Notes: a model not told the origin generated them from the sequence alone. A DNA stretch of 64,000 nucleotides from Candidatus Latescibacterota bacterium (GCA_963667175.2 CAXXXF010000003.1:352001-416000), one strand, 5' to 3'. Positions 1-9,070 are shown, counted from the stretch's first letter. Numbers and translations: made by a program.

Positions 1-825
1 ACGTGCCCAATTCTGCTCCGGGTCGTGCGGCCACGCGACCAGCCAGCCCTCTCCAGCCGCCTGTGTCAGCACCTGTTGCCGGACTTCGAACGTCGTCCTC
101 GGATACAGGTCGAACGCCATGATGTAAACCGGGTGCACGTGATGCCTCGTGGGGACCAGGTCTCCAATGAAACAGACCGTCTCGCCGCCGCCCTGTATCA
201 AGACGGACTGATGTGCCCTCGTGTGTCCGGGAGTCAGGACCGCGCGCACGCCGGGACAAATTTCCGCATCGCCGTCCAGAAACGCGAGAACGCCCGCTCG
301 TTCAAGCGGAACCAGGTCCGTCGCGGCGTGGTAGCCCCTCACCGTCTGCCGGTCCGCGCCCAGGGCGTCTTCCCACTCCTTCCGCTGTACCGTGTACCGG
401 GCGTTTGGAAACGCGGGTTCAAATCCGCTGTCTGTGCGAACCGTCGTCCCGCCCGCGTGGTCCATGTGCAGGTGGGTGAGCACCACGCGGTCCACCGCCT
501 CGGACGCCACGCCCTCTTCGGCCAGCGCCTCGATCACGCCGCGGGAGGGGTCGGCGCCGTATATGGCCCTGTATTTCGGCGACAGCTTCGCGGCGCCGAT
601 GCCGGTTTCCACCAGCACCGTGTCCGTGGGGGTTTCCACCAGCAGGCAGGTCAGGCCGAGTTGAATCCGGTTCCGCTCGTCGGGCGGTATCTTCTTTTCC
701 CATATCGACCGGGGAACCACGCCGAACATCGTGCCCCCGTCGAGACTGAACCGCCCGGCGTCCAGCGCCGTCACACGGATATCTCCAATGATCCGCGATT
801 CACCCTTTCGACTGAAATTGCTCAC
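1..825 (-). CDS. MBL-fold metallo-hydrolase (YtnP-like), 3' end runs off the window
   Basis: Not in the ORF track because it has no stop in the window. Manual minus-strand translation from GTG 825 gives FSLDGGTMFGVVP...THLHMDHAGG...PGHT...IGDLVPT...WPHDP, the HxHxDH MBL motif set. Confidence 0.9.
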   Translation of the reverse strand, partial: MSNFSRKGESRIIGDIRVTALDAGRFSLDGGTMFGVVPRSIWEKKIPPDERNRIQLGLTCLLVETPTDTVLVETGIGAAKLSPKYRAIYGADPSRGVIEALAEEGVASEAVDRVVLTHLHMDHAGGTTVRTDSGFEPAFPNARYTVQRKEWEDALGADRQTVRGYHAATDLVPLERAGVLAFLDGDAEICPGVRAVLTPGHTRAHQSVLIQGGGETVCFIGDLVPTRHHVHPVYIMAFDLYPRTTFEVRQQVLTQAAGEGWLVAWPHDPEQNWAR

Positions 826-1236
826 CCGATTCCAACTGTGAATGGACTGCGTAGGGATTGAGGGCTGTCGGCGATCCCCGACTCAAGGCCGCGGGTTCGA
901 ACGCTGTCATAATGCAGGTATCAACGACGGAAAGTCAAGGGCAAAAGACCGGAGGTACGGTCATTGGGCGATCAAAGCGTATCCACCGGATCTATGCGCA
1001 GGTTGATGATGACGGCCGCTCGTTCGCGATGTGACCGCGATTCATGTGCGACAATGGTGCCGATTTCGCCAATACCCCTTATTCCCGCCAGATATCACGA
1101 ATTCACGCGCAAAGGCCGATTTGGAGGGGTATTTTTTTAGGATTCGGCTTGAGCTGTCACTATTATGGTAGGAGCCAGAGTCGACGCGGGAATGTTGAAG
1201 CGCGAACCCAAGCCTCTTCTTAAGAGCGGGAAACCT

Positions 1237-2541
1237 ATGATTGGAACGGAAGAACTACTTGTCCGGAAAGTTCTGTCGGGCGATAGGGACGCATTTGAAC
1301 CGCTCGTTGAGCAGCACAAAGGCACGGTTTACGCTCTGGTGGTGGGAAAGACGGGCGACTTCGTTTCGGCGGAAGACATCGTCCAGGAGACCTTCGTTGA
1401 GGCATTTCGGCAATTGAAATCCTTGAAGGACCCGGCGAAGTTTCGCGCGTGGGTCCGGGGTATCGCGATGAATCTTTCCAATGAGTGGATTCGGAAACGC
1501 AAGCGGAACGTACCGATTGATGATCTGGACGATTCGAAAGAAGCGGCCTTTCAAAGCGAAGTTCTGTCGGAGTCTTTCGTTCGATTGCCTGCGGCGCCGG
1601 ACAGCGACTTCGAAAAGGAAGAGATGCGGAACTACGTGCTTCAAGCCGTCGAACGACTTTCCGAGAAGTATCGTGAAGTCGTGCTCCTGCACTATATGGA
1701 GGGCCTGAAGTACAGGGAAATCGCCGAGATGCTGGACGTCCCGGAAAGCACAGTGCTCGGCAGGCTCCAGGTGGGTCGCGATCAGCTGCGGGAAGAGTTG
1801 CTGCCGATTGTCGAGGAGACATTGAAGGAGCAGCAACCGACGTCTGAACTGACAAGGAAGGTAATGGCTGCGCTGCCGCCGATGCTCCTGTTGACACCGG
1901 ATTCGATATGGGCGAGTGCAAAGCGTTTCTTTGGCCGAAGTCCATACTGGCGAACCGGAGGTATCCTTACGGCGGCTGTTGTGGGAACGGGGATCTACTA
2001 TTCCGGTTTCGTCGCCATTGTCCAGTGGGAAAACGAAACGAGAACCGATTCGCAGCCAGGGGCGACCGCCGCACCGATGGCGATCGAGATTGAAGAAGGC
2101 GACGTGTCCAACCCGGTCAAACGCCCCAAACAGGCGGAAGTAGCCCTTCAGCAAAGCGCAAAGAAGGGAAACGCAAATGGGCAGACCGAGAGGGTCGACA
2201 CCACGAGATCCACGCAGCAACGCAAGGTTTCAACAGACAATCCCGCAAGGCCGACGCTGACACTGTCCCATTCGCCGGCGGATTCCGTGGTGACGATCAA
2301 TTACACCATTCCGGAGTCTGCATCGAGAGACTCCGTGCACGTGGGACTCAAAGTCTACAATATGTCTGGAATGCTGGCTGCATTACTTGTAGACGAGATC
2401 CAAAGCGTAGGAAGTCATACATTTCTACTCGAAAAACGACCACTGTCGGACGGCGTTTATTCTGCTAGTCTCACCTTGAACCGTTCTCGAGCGCCTGCCG
2501 CACAGAAGCGTTTCAGTCTTTTCTGGGCGGACAGACCTTAA
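1237..2541 (+). CDS. ECF-type sigma-70 factor with C-terminal extension (TM helix, linker, FlgD/T9SS-CTD-like Ig domain)
   Basis: Region 2 (AEDIVQETFVEAF...FRAWVRGIAMN), region 4 (LSEKYREVVLLHYMEGLKYREIAEMLDVPESTVLGRL), hydrophobic GILTAAVVGTGIYYSGFVAIV, C-terminal TINYTIPE..VGLKVYNMSG..LLVDE..GSH..GVY. Start could be 1165 or 1192. Confidence 0.9.
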   Translation: MIGTEELLVRKVLSGDRDAFEPLVEQHKGTVYALVVGKTGDFVSAEDIVQETFVEAFRQLKSLKDPAKFRAWVRGIAMNLSNEWIRKRKRNVPIDDLDDSKEAAFQSEVLSESFVRLPAAPDSDFEKEEMRNYVLQAVERLSEKYREVVLLHYMEGLKYREIAEMLDVPESTVLGRLQVGRDQLREELLPIVEETLKEQQPTSELTRKVMAALPPMLLLTPDSIWASAKRFFGRSPYWRTGGILTAAVVGTGIYYSGFVAIVQWENETRTDSQPGATAAPMAIEIEEGDVSNPVKRPKQAEVALQQSAKKGNANGQTERVDTTRSTQQRKVSTDNPARPTLTLSHSPADSVVTINYTIPESASRDSVHVGLKVYNMSGMLAALLVDEIQSVGSHTFLLEKRPLSDGVYSASLTLNRSRAPAAQKRFSLFWADRP

Positions 2542-2553
2542 TGGGAGGCCCGA

Positions 2554-3879
2554 ATGTTGAAATCAATGGTAGAAATGAAGTGTCGACATAGTCAACTTAC
2601 GGAAATCACTGTTCTGATTCTGATTGCGATATTACTGAATTCGGTCGCTTATGCAGGCGCACCGACGTATTCCGCGGAGGAACAACGGCGCTTTTCACAG
2701 GCGACAATGAAGCTTGCAAGCGCAAAAGAAACAGAAGAGCACTGGGATGGGGTACTCGCCCTTGAAGCATTCCGCACAGAGTATCCGCGGACGAATTTGA
2801 AGGTGGATGTGCTGGAAAGGTTGTTTCTTCACTACAGCATGATTGTCGATGATCCTGGTTTCCTCCTTCGTCTGGCAGAGGAAGCTATTGCGTTACAGCC
2901 GAATCGAAACGGTTTATACAGACAGATAGTAACGACTTTTGTTGACAAGGAGATTTTCCCCAGTCAAACCCTCATATTTGCGCAAAAGTCACTGGCAATC
3001 GCGGAGAACATATATGCCAACGCAGGTGACAATTTCCAGCGAGGCATTATCCAAAGACAAGGACTGTTGAGCCAGGCTTTTCAGATGGCGAATCAGCCAG
3101 AGGAGGCATTGAAGGTAATCCGGCACAGCTTGCAGCAGGTGGAGTCACTGCCCGTGACTGCCTTCCCGGATCAGGCAACCCGCCAGAAAACCGAAGACGG
3201 GATTCGGCTTGATCTGCTGAGGCTCTACATCAAACAGCGCCTTTGGGATCATGCGTATGAATTGGCATGTGACCTTCTGAAGAGATCGGTGACCCGCGAA
3301 CCCGTCTACGAACTTTGGAGCAGAGCGTACGTAGGGAAATACGGTTCTGCAGACGGGATCATTTACGCTTACGCGGATCTGAAGGCCGAGATTGAAGAAA
3401 TGCGCAAAGCGCGGCTGGTTGAGAAACGCGTTAGGCGACCGGCGCCGATGTTTAAATTGAAGACCTTGACTGATGAATCAATGAGTTTAAAAGCGTTAAA
3501 AGGGAAGGTTGTGTTGATCAATTTCTGGGCCAGTTGGTGCGGTCCATGTCTTGAGGAATTGCCTCAACTCGAAGCTCTGACGCGTATATATAAACCGGAG
3601 TCGGTAGCGTTTCTGGCCGTCAATCTGGATACGCATGACGACGAGGAGAATCGGAAGGATCTGGTGTTGAGCACAAAGGCACGTTTGGCGCCCAGCATGA
3701 CCTACTTGATGGGCAATGATGAAGTGAGGCGTAATTTCGGTTTCGATAAAATACCGTACACGTGTATTGTAGATCGGGAAGGGTACATCCGTTACGAAAA
3801 AACCGGCCTCAGTAGCGATTTCAAAGCAACAATGGCAGATCAACTGTCATGGGTGATCGGCTTATCTGAAGCAGAATGA
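2554..3879 (+). CDS. Exported TlpA/ResA-family thiol-disulfide oxidoreductase with N-terminal TPR-like helical region
   Basis: Signal-like N-terminus; APMFKL..LKGKVVLINFWASWCGPCLEELP (CxxC); IPYTCIVDREG cis-Pro loop; GGAGG RBS. Confidence 0.88.
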   Translation: MLKSMVEMKCRHSQLTEITVLILIAILLNSVAYAGAPTYSAEEQRRFSQATMKLASAKETEEHWDGVLALEAFRTEYPRTNLKVDVLERLFLHYSMIVDDPGFLLRLAEEAIALQPNRNGLYRQIVTTFVDKEIFPSQTLIFAQKSLAIAENIYANAGDNFQRGIIQRQGLLSQAFQMANQPEEALKVIRHSLQQVESLPVTAFPDQATRQKTEDGIRLDLLRLYIKQRLWDHAYELACDLLKRSVTREPVYELWSRAYVGKYGSADGIIYAYADLKAEIEEMRKARLVEKRVRRPAPMFKLKTLTDESMSLKALKGKVVLINFWASWCGPCLEELPQLEALTRIYKPESVAFLAVNLDTHDDEENRKDLVLSTKARLAPSMTYLMGNDEVRRNFGFDKIPYTCIVDREGYIRYEKTGLSSDFKATMADQLSWVIGLSEAE

Positions 3880-3946
3880 CGGAGGGATTTCAGGAGGAGA
3901 ATTATCGACGTGCTGGGAAGTACGGCGTAAAATATCAAATACCCAA

Positions 3947-3990
3947 ACCAAACCCCTGGACAGAACGAGTTCAGGGGGTCTGGTTTTTTC
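3947..3990 (+). terminator. Probable intrinsic terminator after the sigma-TlpA operon
   Basis: Imperfect stem ACCAAACCCCTGGAC / GTTCAGGGGGTCTGGT followed by a T-run. Confidence 0.5.
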
Positions 3991-4457
3991 TTTAAAAGTG
4001 GGTCGGTTAATCAACCAATAGATTACCCAATGTAAATTGGATATGTAGTCCCGCGATGAAATCCAAACCTCAAATCGTAACTTCCAAAGGGCTCCATTTT
4101 GCCGATCATGGTTGGCCTGATTAGGTGATTGTGCCGCTTTAAACAATGCTTCTCTTTTGCGTCTACTTCAGGTCACTGGACGTAAGCGGAAAAAAGGTCC
4201 TTCCAGACGACGTTTACACCCCGTTTCGGAAGGTTTCGTCTCAGTGCCGCGTTGTGGTTTTTTCACATCAAGGTAATCGGCGAAAAAGCTGATTGACCGT
4301 CCGAATCATTCGATTGAATGCAAATAACACCATCCTTTTATCCGTCAAACTCCCTTGAAACCAGTGGTATTTTTCTTTATACTGTAAACGGTACCAATCA
4401 CCACCCAACGCAGCTACTAATAAAAGAGCAATTCTAGGGAGAGAGAGGAGGTGAGCT

Positions 4458-4679
4458 ATGGGCACTAGTGTTCATATTGTGCCTGACAATGGCCAATGGT
4501 CGACCAAAGTGTCGGGAATTAGGGTCCCATTACAAACTCATAAGACACAGGCTTTGGCAATTAGGCATGGGAAACGAGTTGCGAAAAGTCTGAGTACAGA
4601 ATTAATCATCCACGGTAGAAATGGCCGAATAAGAGAACGCAATAGCTATGGTGGTGATCCTTATCCACCTATCGGATAA
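4458..4679 (+). CDS. DUF2188-family small protein
   Basis: VHIVP..GQW..K..HKTQALAI..G..VAK....ELIIHGRNGRIRERNSYGGDPYPP matches the family pattern; GGAGG RBS. Confidence 0.88.
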   Translation: MGTSVHIVPDNGQWSTKVSGIRVPLQTHKTQALAIRHGKRVAKSLSTELIIHGRNGRIRERNSYGGDPYPPIG

Positions 4680-4717
4680 ATAGTAGCTGCGTTGGGCATA
4701 TTTCAAGGACAGAACCA

Positions 4718-5221
4718 ATGTGCATGGCTACTACGTATTTTCAATCAGCTATTACTCAACAATCAATCAGTGCCTTTACAAGACAATTACGTGTACTCTT
4801 AAGAGAACGACCAAGGGAAATTCATATTTCCATATCTACAAGCGGGGGACTAACTAGCTGTAGTTTGGAACTTTATAATTTCATAAAGCAAAAACACCCC
4901 TGTCCTATTTTCACCCATAATGTCGGCAATATCGAATCTGCAGGGATCGTGATTTTTCTAGCCGGTGTCCACCGCTATGCTTCTCCCACTTCTCTTTTTA
5001 AGTTCCACGCCAACCAGTATTATTTCAATAATGAAGCATTTAACTCCAGTGAATTAATGCAATTGTGCGAAAATTTGGAAGATTATGATAATATGGTCAG
5101 AAAGCTCGTTTGTGAAAACACTAAACTTGATCAAGATACCGTAATGAAATACATGAATAAGGCAAGAGTAATAAGACCGCAAGAAGCACTGGAGAATGGA
5201 TTAATACACGAAATACGATAA
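4718..5221 (+). CDS. ClpP/crotonase-fold protease-like protein (short accessory type)
   Basis: ISTSGG, NVGNIESAGIVIFLAG (Ser), FKFH (His), PQEALENGLI; low GC. Confidence 0.82.
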   Translation: MCMATTYFQSAITQQSISAFTRQLRVLLRERPREIHISISTSGGLTSCSLELYNFIKQKHPCPIFTHNVGNIESAGIVIFLAGVHRYASPTSLFKFHANQYYFNNEAFNSSELMQLCENLEDYDNMVRKLVCENTKLDQDTVMKYMNKARVIRPQEALENGLIHEIR

Positions 5222-5336
5222 AGTTACAGCACACGATAAATATCAAAACCCTCCTTTCCCCTACGTGCCAATATAGAGTGAGACAACTCCCCCTTCGAGA
5301 TTAATGTCGTATCATGGGCGGAGAGGAGAACAAGAG

Positions 5337-5804
5337 ATGAGGTCAAGAACCGATGTTGTAGGCAACGGCAGCAAGGGGTCTCTGGTTGTGGAGGTCCCGC
5401 GCGGGACCTCCACAACCACGAGGCCGGATCCGGAGGTGCCGGCGCGTGCGAAGCGTCGCCGGTTCACGGCAAAGTACAAGCTTCGCATCCTGGAAGCGGC
5501 GGATGCGTGCCGTGCCCCTGGCGAAGTGGGCGCGCTGCTGCGCCGGGAGGGGTTGTATTCCTCGCAGTTGACGCAGTGGCGTCGTGCGCGTCGTGAGGGG
5601 TCGCTCAAGGCGCTGTCGAAGCTGCGGGGACCCAAGGGACATCGCCGCGACGAGGTGGCCGTCGAGAACCAGCACCTGCGCAAGGAGAACGCCCGTTTGC
5701 GTCGACGATTGGAACAGGCGAACACGATCCTCGAGATCCAAAAAAAAGCCTCCGAGATCCTGGGTGTCCCCCTGAACCGGCCAGCAGGCGACGACGACGT
5801 ATGA
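5337..5804 (+). CDS. IS3-family transposase OrfA (HTH + coiled coil)
   Basis: RRRFTAKYKLRIL..GEVGALLRREGLYSSQLTQWRR; ATGA overlap with orfB; A-run possible slippery site near 5740-5748. Confidence 0.88.
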   Translation: MRSRTDVVGNGSKGSLVVEVPRGTSTTTRPDPEVPARAKRRRFTAKYKLRILEAADACRAPGEVGALLRREGLYSSQLTQWRRARREGSLKALSKLRGPKGHRRDEVAVENQHLRKENARLRRRLEQANTILEIQKKASEILGVPLNRPAGDDDV

Positions 5805-6814
5805 TCCGTGCGGCAGAACAACTGGCCCCGAAGGTGGGCTTGGCTTCCGCGTGCCGGGCCCTGGGTGTGGCGCGGGCTTCGGTCTACCGTGCGCGTCAGC
5901 CAGCCCCACGCACGCCTCGTGGCGCGCGGTCCTCGTCGCCACGTGCGCTTTCCCAAAACGAGCGCGCCGCCGTGCTGGACATCCTGCACGACGACCGCTT
6001 CGCAGACCAGGCGCCACCGGCAGTCTACGCCGCGTTGCTGGAGGAAGGGCGGTATGTCTGCTCGATCCGGACCATGTACCGTCTGCTTCACGACGCAGGG
6101 GAAGTGCGCCAGCGGAGACACCAGCTCCGTCATCCACGTCTGGAACCGCCCCGCTTGATGGCGGATGCGCCCAACCAGGTCTGGACGTGGGATATCACGC
6201 GGCTGCCAGGACCACGCAAGTGGGTGACCTATCCCCTCTACGTTGTACTGGATCTGTTCTCACGCTATGTCGTGGCCTGGACGGTCGCCACAAGGGAGAG
6301 CGCCACATACGCCAAGCGCCTGATTGCCAACGCATGCCAGAAACAGGGCATTCAACCCGGACAACTGACGCTGCACCAGGACCGCGGCGCACCCATGACG
6401 GCCAAGACCTTTTCGCAGTTGCTGATGGACCTCGACATCCTGGCCAGCTACTCTCGACCCCGTGTGTCCGATGACAACCCGTATTCCGAAAGCCAATTCA
6501 AGACGCTCAAATACGCGCCTTCATACCCCGGGCGCTTCACCAACCCGCAAGAAGCACGCACCTATTTACAGGCCTTCTTTCCCTGGTACAACACACAACA
6601 CCGGCACAGCGGACTGGGCTTACTCACGCCCGATACCGTCCACCACGGGCTGACACAGCAGTTTCAAGCCGCCAGACAATCGGTGCTGGACCAGGCCTAT
6701 CACAACCACCCTGAACGATTTGTTAAGGGGCATCCTCGTCCACCACGCGTTCCAGACCAAGTCTGGATTAACCAACCACAGAACACCATCGAATGCCATC
6801 AGTTGCTTCACTAA
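5801..6814 (+). CDS. IS3-family transposase OrfB (rve DDE integrase core)
   Basis: PNQVWTWDIT, DLFSRYVVAW, HQDRG, DNPYSESQFKTLK, WYN..HRHSGLG. Confidence 0.93.
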   Translation: MIRAAEQLAPKVGLASACRALGVARASVYRARQPAPRTPRGARSSSPRALSQNERAAVLDILHDDRFADQAPPAVYAALLEEGRYVCSIRTMYRLLHDAGEVRQRRHQLRHPRLEPPRLMADAPNQVWTWDITRLPGPRKWVTYPLYVVLDLFSRYVVAWTVATRESATYAKRLIANACQKQGIQPGQLTLHQDRGAPMTAKTFSQLLMDLDILASYSRPRVSDDNPYSESQFKTLKYAPSYPGRFTNPQEARTYLQAFFPWYNTQHRHSGLGLLTPDTVHHGLTQQFQAARQSVLDQAYHNHPERFVKGHPRPPRVPDQVWINQPQNTIECHQLLH

Positions 6815-7013
6815 ATTCCAACGGGAGGTGTCTCATTTCTATTGACACGTTCCGTTCCCTTCTCCCTCTGCGTTTTTTTATAGTAGTTTTTACATCCGTC
6901 CAACCTCTTGGGTGCCTGGTCCTGACCCGTTCAGAAGTGTGGACCGGCTATGCGGCTTGAATGAACGTGCGTCGCATTCCTCCATAATGCTCACGAATGA
7001 AAAGCGTCGTGCT

Positions 7014-7192
7014 ATCCACGGCGTGGCGACACCGCCCTTGGACGTGCGGAACACGACGATTTTTCCGGCGATCGATTGACCATAGAGCGGATGCGTCTTC
7101 CGGCTGATGATGCTCGAGTACCGGTCATAGTCGTACCGGGCGATGAAGCCTTCCTCGCGGACCGGAGCGATCCCTTCCGCGTCAGATCCTAC
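7014..7192 (-). pseudogene. Fragment of an aconitase X swivel-domain gene (diverged copy of 8804-8985)
   Basis: Clear nucleotide similarity (e.g. GGACGTGCGGAACACGACGATTTTTCC identical); translates EGF.ARYD...HPLYGQSIAGKIVVFRTSKGGVATPW. Confidence 0.8.
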
Positions 7193-7216
7193 CGCGCGTC
7201 GTTACCCCTCAATTAA

Positions 7217-7282
7217 GCCGGTCGGCGCGCAGCGCGTCTTCCCACTCCCTCCGCTGTACCGTGTACCTGGCGTTCGGAGATG
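7217..7282 (-). pseudogene. Internal fragment of the MBL hydrolase gene (diverged copy of 348-413)
   Basis: 58/66 nt identical by manual alignment; PNARYTVQRREWEDAL versus PNARYTVQRKEWEDAL. Confidence 0.8.
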
Positions 7283-7335
7283 TCTGTCGAGGATGGCGGC
7301 AAGGAAGACACAATGAAGGAGGGACACCAGTGTGT

Positions 7336-8502
7336 ATGGTTCGCGCGTACGCTAAATTGAGCTCATCATATCCTTTGCCCGTATTTCTGATCGCCGGGGC
7401 GCTCATAGTGGGTACTATTGCCGGGTGCGGAGGGGATCGCGTTTTGGAAGGGGTACCGGATGATGAGCGCATTCCCGAGAGGCCGCTGCGATATGCAGGG
7501 AAAGTGGCGCTTGAATTGCGAGAAACCATCGAGCTTGTGTTCAATGAGGACAAGCCTGAGATCGGGTATGTTGGGTGGATGGGTATTTCACCTGAGGGCA
7601 CGTTGATGGTTACGGATTGGGATAACCATCAGGCGCACGAAATCAACTACCGGGACAATAAGTACATTCGCTCATTCGGGCGTACAGGTAGAGGTCCCGG
7701 GGAGCATTTATCGGCTCACCAAATGACGATAGATCCTGAGCGAAGGGTCTATCTCGTTGATCCGGCTCGAGGACAGGTCCTCCGGTATGATCGCACGGGC
7801 CGATATCTGGATCGGACCGAAGCTATCGGCGTAACGAAGATTCACGCCGGTCCTGAGGGAGGGATGTTCATTCTACGCGTAAACTCAAGTCTTTTCTTGG
7901 AATTACAGCGCCGAGATCCGGCGACGTTGGGAGTTTTAGGCAGTACACCGCTTTCCAATCAAAATCAGAGTTTTGTGTCGTTTCGGATGAGAGGAATGGC
8001 GCATTTGAGCTATAACGCTTCGATGCAGGTGTTTTATTATCTCGGCCCGAATGACTACATGGTCAAAGAGATCGATGCGATAACAGGCGAGATTACCGCG
8101 AAATTTGGCCGGCGCCCTACGGGATTTGTTGCGTTGCCCGATCGCTTCCACGATATCGGGAGTGGAACTGTTGACGATTTGAGACAATTGGATATTACCA
8201 GTGTAGGATCTATGACATTGGTTGAGGATCGATATCTGTTCGTCTCCTTCAATAACCCGGGTACTATAATGAACGAATGGGTCGTCTATATGATAAATCC
8301 GTTCGGCCCGTTTGATGTGTTCGATCTGGATGACGTTACGATTACAAGCCTTGAGCCATTCAGGGACCACAGCGGTGTGCCGATGCAAGCCATCACCTCT
8401 GCGCGGGAATCTGTATTTATTTATAGACCGCCTCGTAGAGCAATTGCGGACAAATCCATCGGTACGATAGAAATATATGCGGTTACGTTGGACCTGAATT
8501 AA
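7336..8502 (+). CDS. 6-bladed beta-propeller (NHL-like) lipoprotein
   Basis: Lipobox IAGC; YIRSFGRTGRGPGE motif; repeated VYLVD..VLRYD..G.YL blades. Confidence 0.75.
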   Translation: MVRAYAKLSSSYPLPVFLIAGALIVGTIAGCGGDRVLEGVPDDERIPERPLRYAGKVALELRETIELVFNEDKPEIGYVGWMGISPEGTLMVTDWDNHQAHEINYRDNKYIRSFGRTGRGPGEHLSAHQMTIDPERRVYLVDPARGQVLRYDRTGRYLDRTEAIGVTKIHAGPEGGMFILRVNSSLFLELQRRDPATLGVLGSTPLSNQNQSFVSFRMRGMAHLSYNASMQVFYYLGPNDYMVKEIDAITGEITAKFGRRPTGFVALPDRFHDIGSGTVDDLRQLDITSVGSMTLVEDRYLFVSFNNPGTIMNEWVVYMINPFGPFDVFDLDDVTITSLEPFRDHSGVPMQAITSARESVFIYRPPRRAIADKSIGTIEIYAVTLDLN

Positions 8503-8589
8503 GGATGGCAAGATCGAGATTATGTCGGCCGACGAGACCAGAGAACTCGTAAAGGACTTGAAGAGGAAACGGTCAAAGAGGCGTCGTCC

Positions 8590-9021
8590 TTAGCCGATTG
8601 ACCGCTCCCTCACCACCTCCACAACCCCGTCAGCGGGGCGCATGCGGACGGAATCGCCGGTGCGGATGTTCGCGAGTGGGTCGGGTTCGAGTTCGCGCAT
8701 CAGCGCCACGTCGGCCAGCACCGCGCTCTGTACCATCACCGGATTGGTGCGCCCGAAGATGAATCCCGCCGGACAGGTTCCCCTCTCCACCATGTCCAGC
8801 ATCATCCACGACGTGGCCACGCCGCCCCTGGACGTGCGGAACACGACGATTTTTCCTGCATTCGACGAACCCCCGTAGAGCGCGTGTGTCTCCCTGCTGA
8901 TGACCCCCGTGTGCCGGTCATCGTCGTACCGTGCGCTGAAGCCTTCCTCGCAGACCAGCGCGATGCCTTCCGTGTTGGGTCCGACGTCCGGATGCCCGCG
9001 TAGCGCCGTGTTCTCGGTCAT
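8590..9021 (-). CDS. Aconitase X swivel-domain protein (DUF126, AcnX small subunit-like)
   Basis: EGIALV..EGFSARYD..TGVIS..H.LYG..AGKIVVF..GGVATSW..NPVMVQ.AVLA..IRTGD. Confidence 0.8.
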   Translation of the reverse strand: MTENTALRGHPDVGPNTEGIALVCEEGFSARYDDDRHTGVISRETHALYGGSSNAGKIVVFRTSRGGVATSWMMLDMVERGTCPAGFIFGRTNPVMVQSAVLADVALMRELEPDPLANIRTGDSVRMRPADGVVEVVRERSIG

Positions 9022-9070
9022 CGCCCGTACTGATTGAAGTTGAACTCGCTTGCGAGGCAGGATACCCCCG

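Larger units (their letters stand above)
5259..6854 (+). mobile_element. IS3-family insertion sequence, apparently complete
   Basis: Imperfect terminal IRs (left ACGTGCCAATATAGAGTGAGACAACTCCC; right reverse complement ACGTGTCAATAGAAATGAGACACCTCCC), probable 3-bp TSD TTC (5256-5258 / 6855-6857), orfA+orfB, GC jump against flanks. Confidence 0.88.

Noticed and set aside
25-861. 278-aa plus-strand ORF
   Set aside because: Antisense shadow of the minus-strand MBL hydrolase; no protein motifs
880-910. GGTTCGAA resembling a tRNA T-loop
   Set aside because: The T-stem does not pair and there is no cloverleaf or acceptor stem
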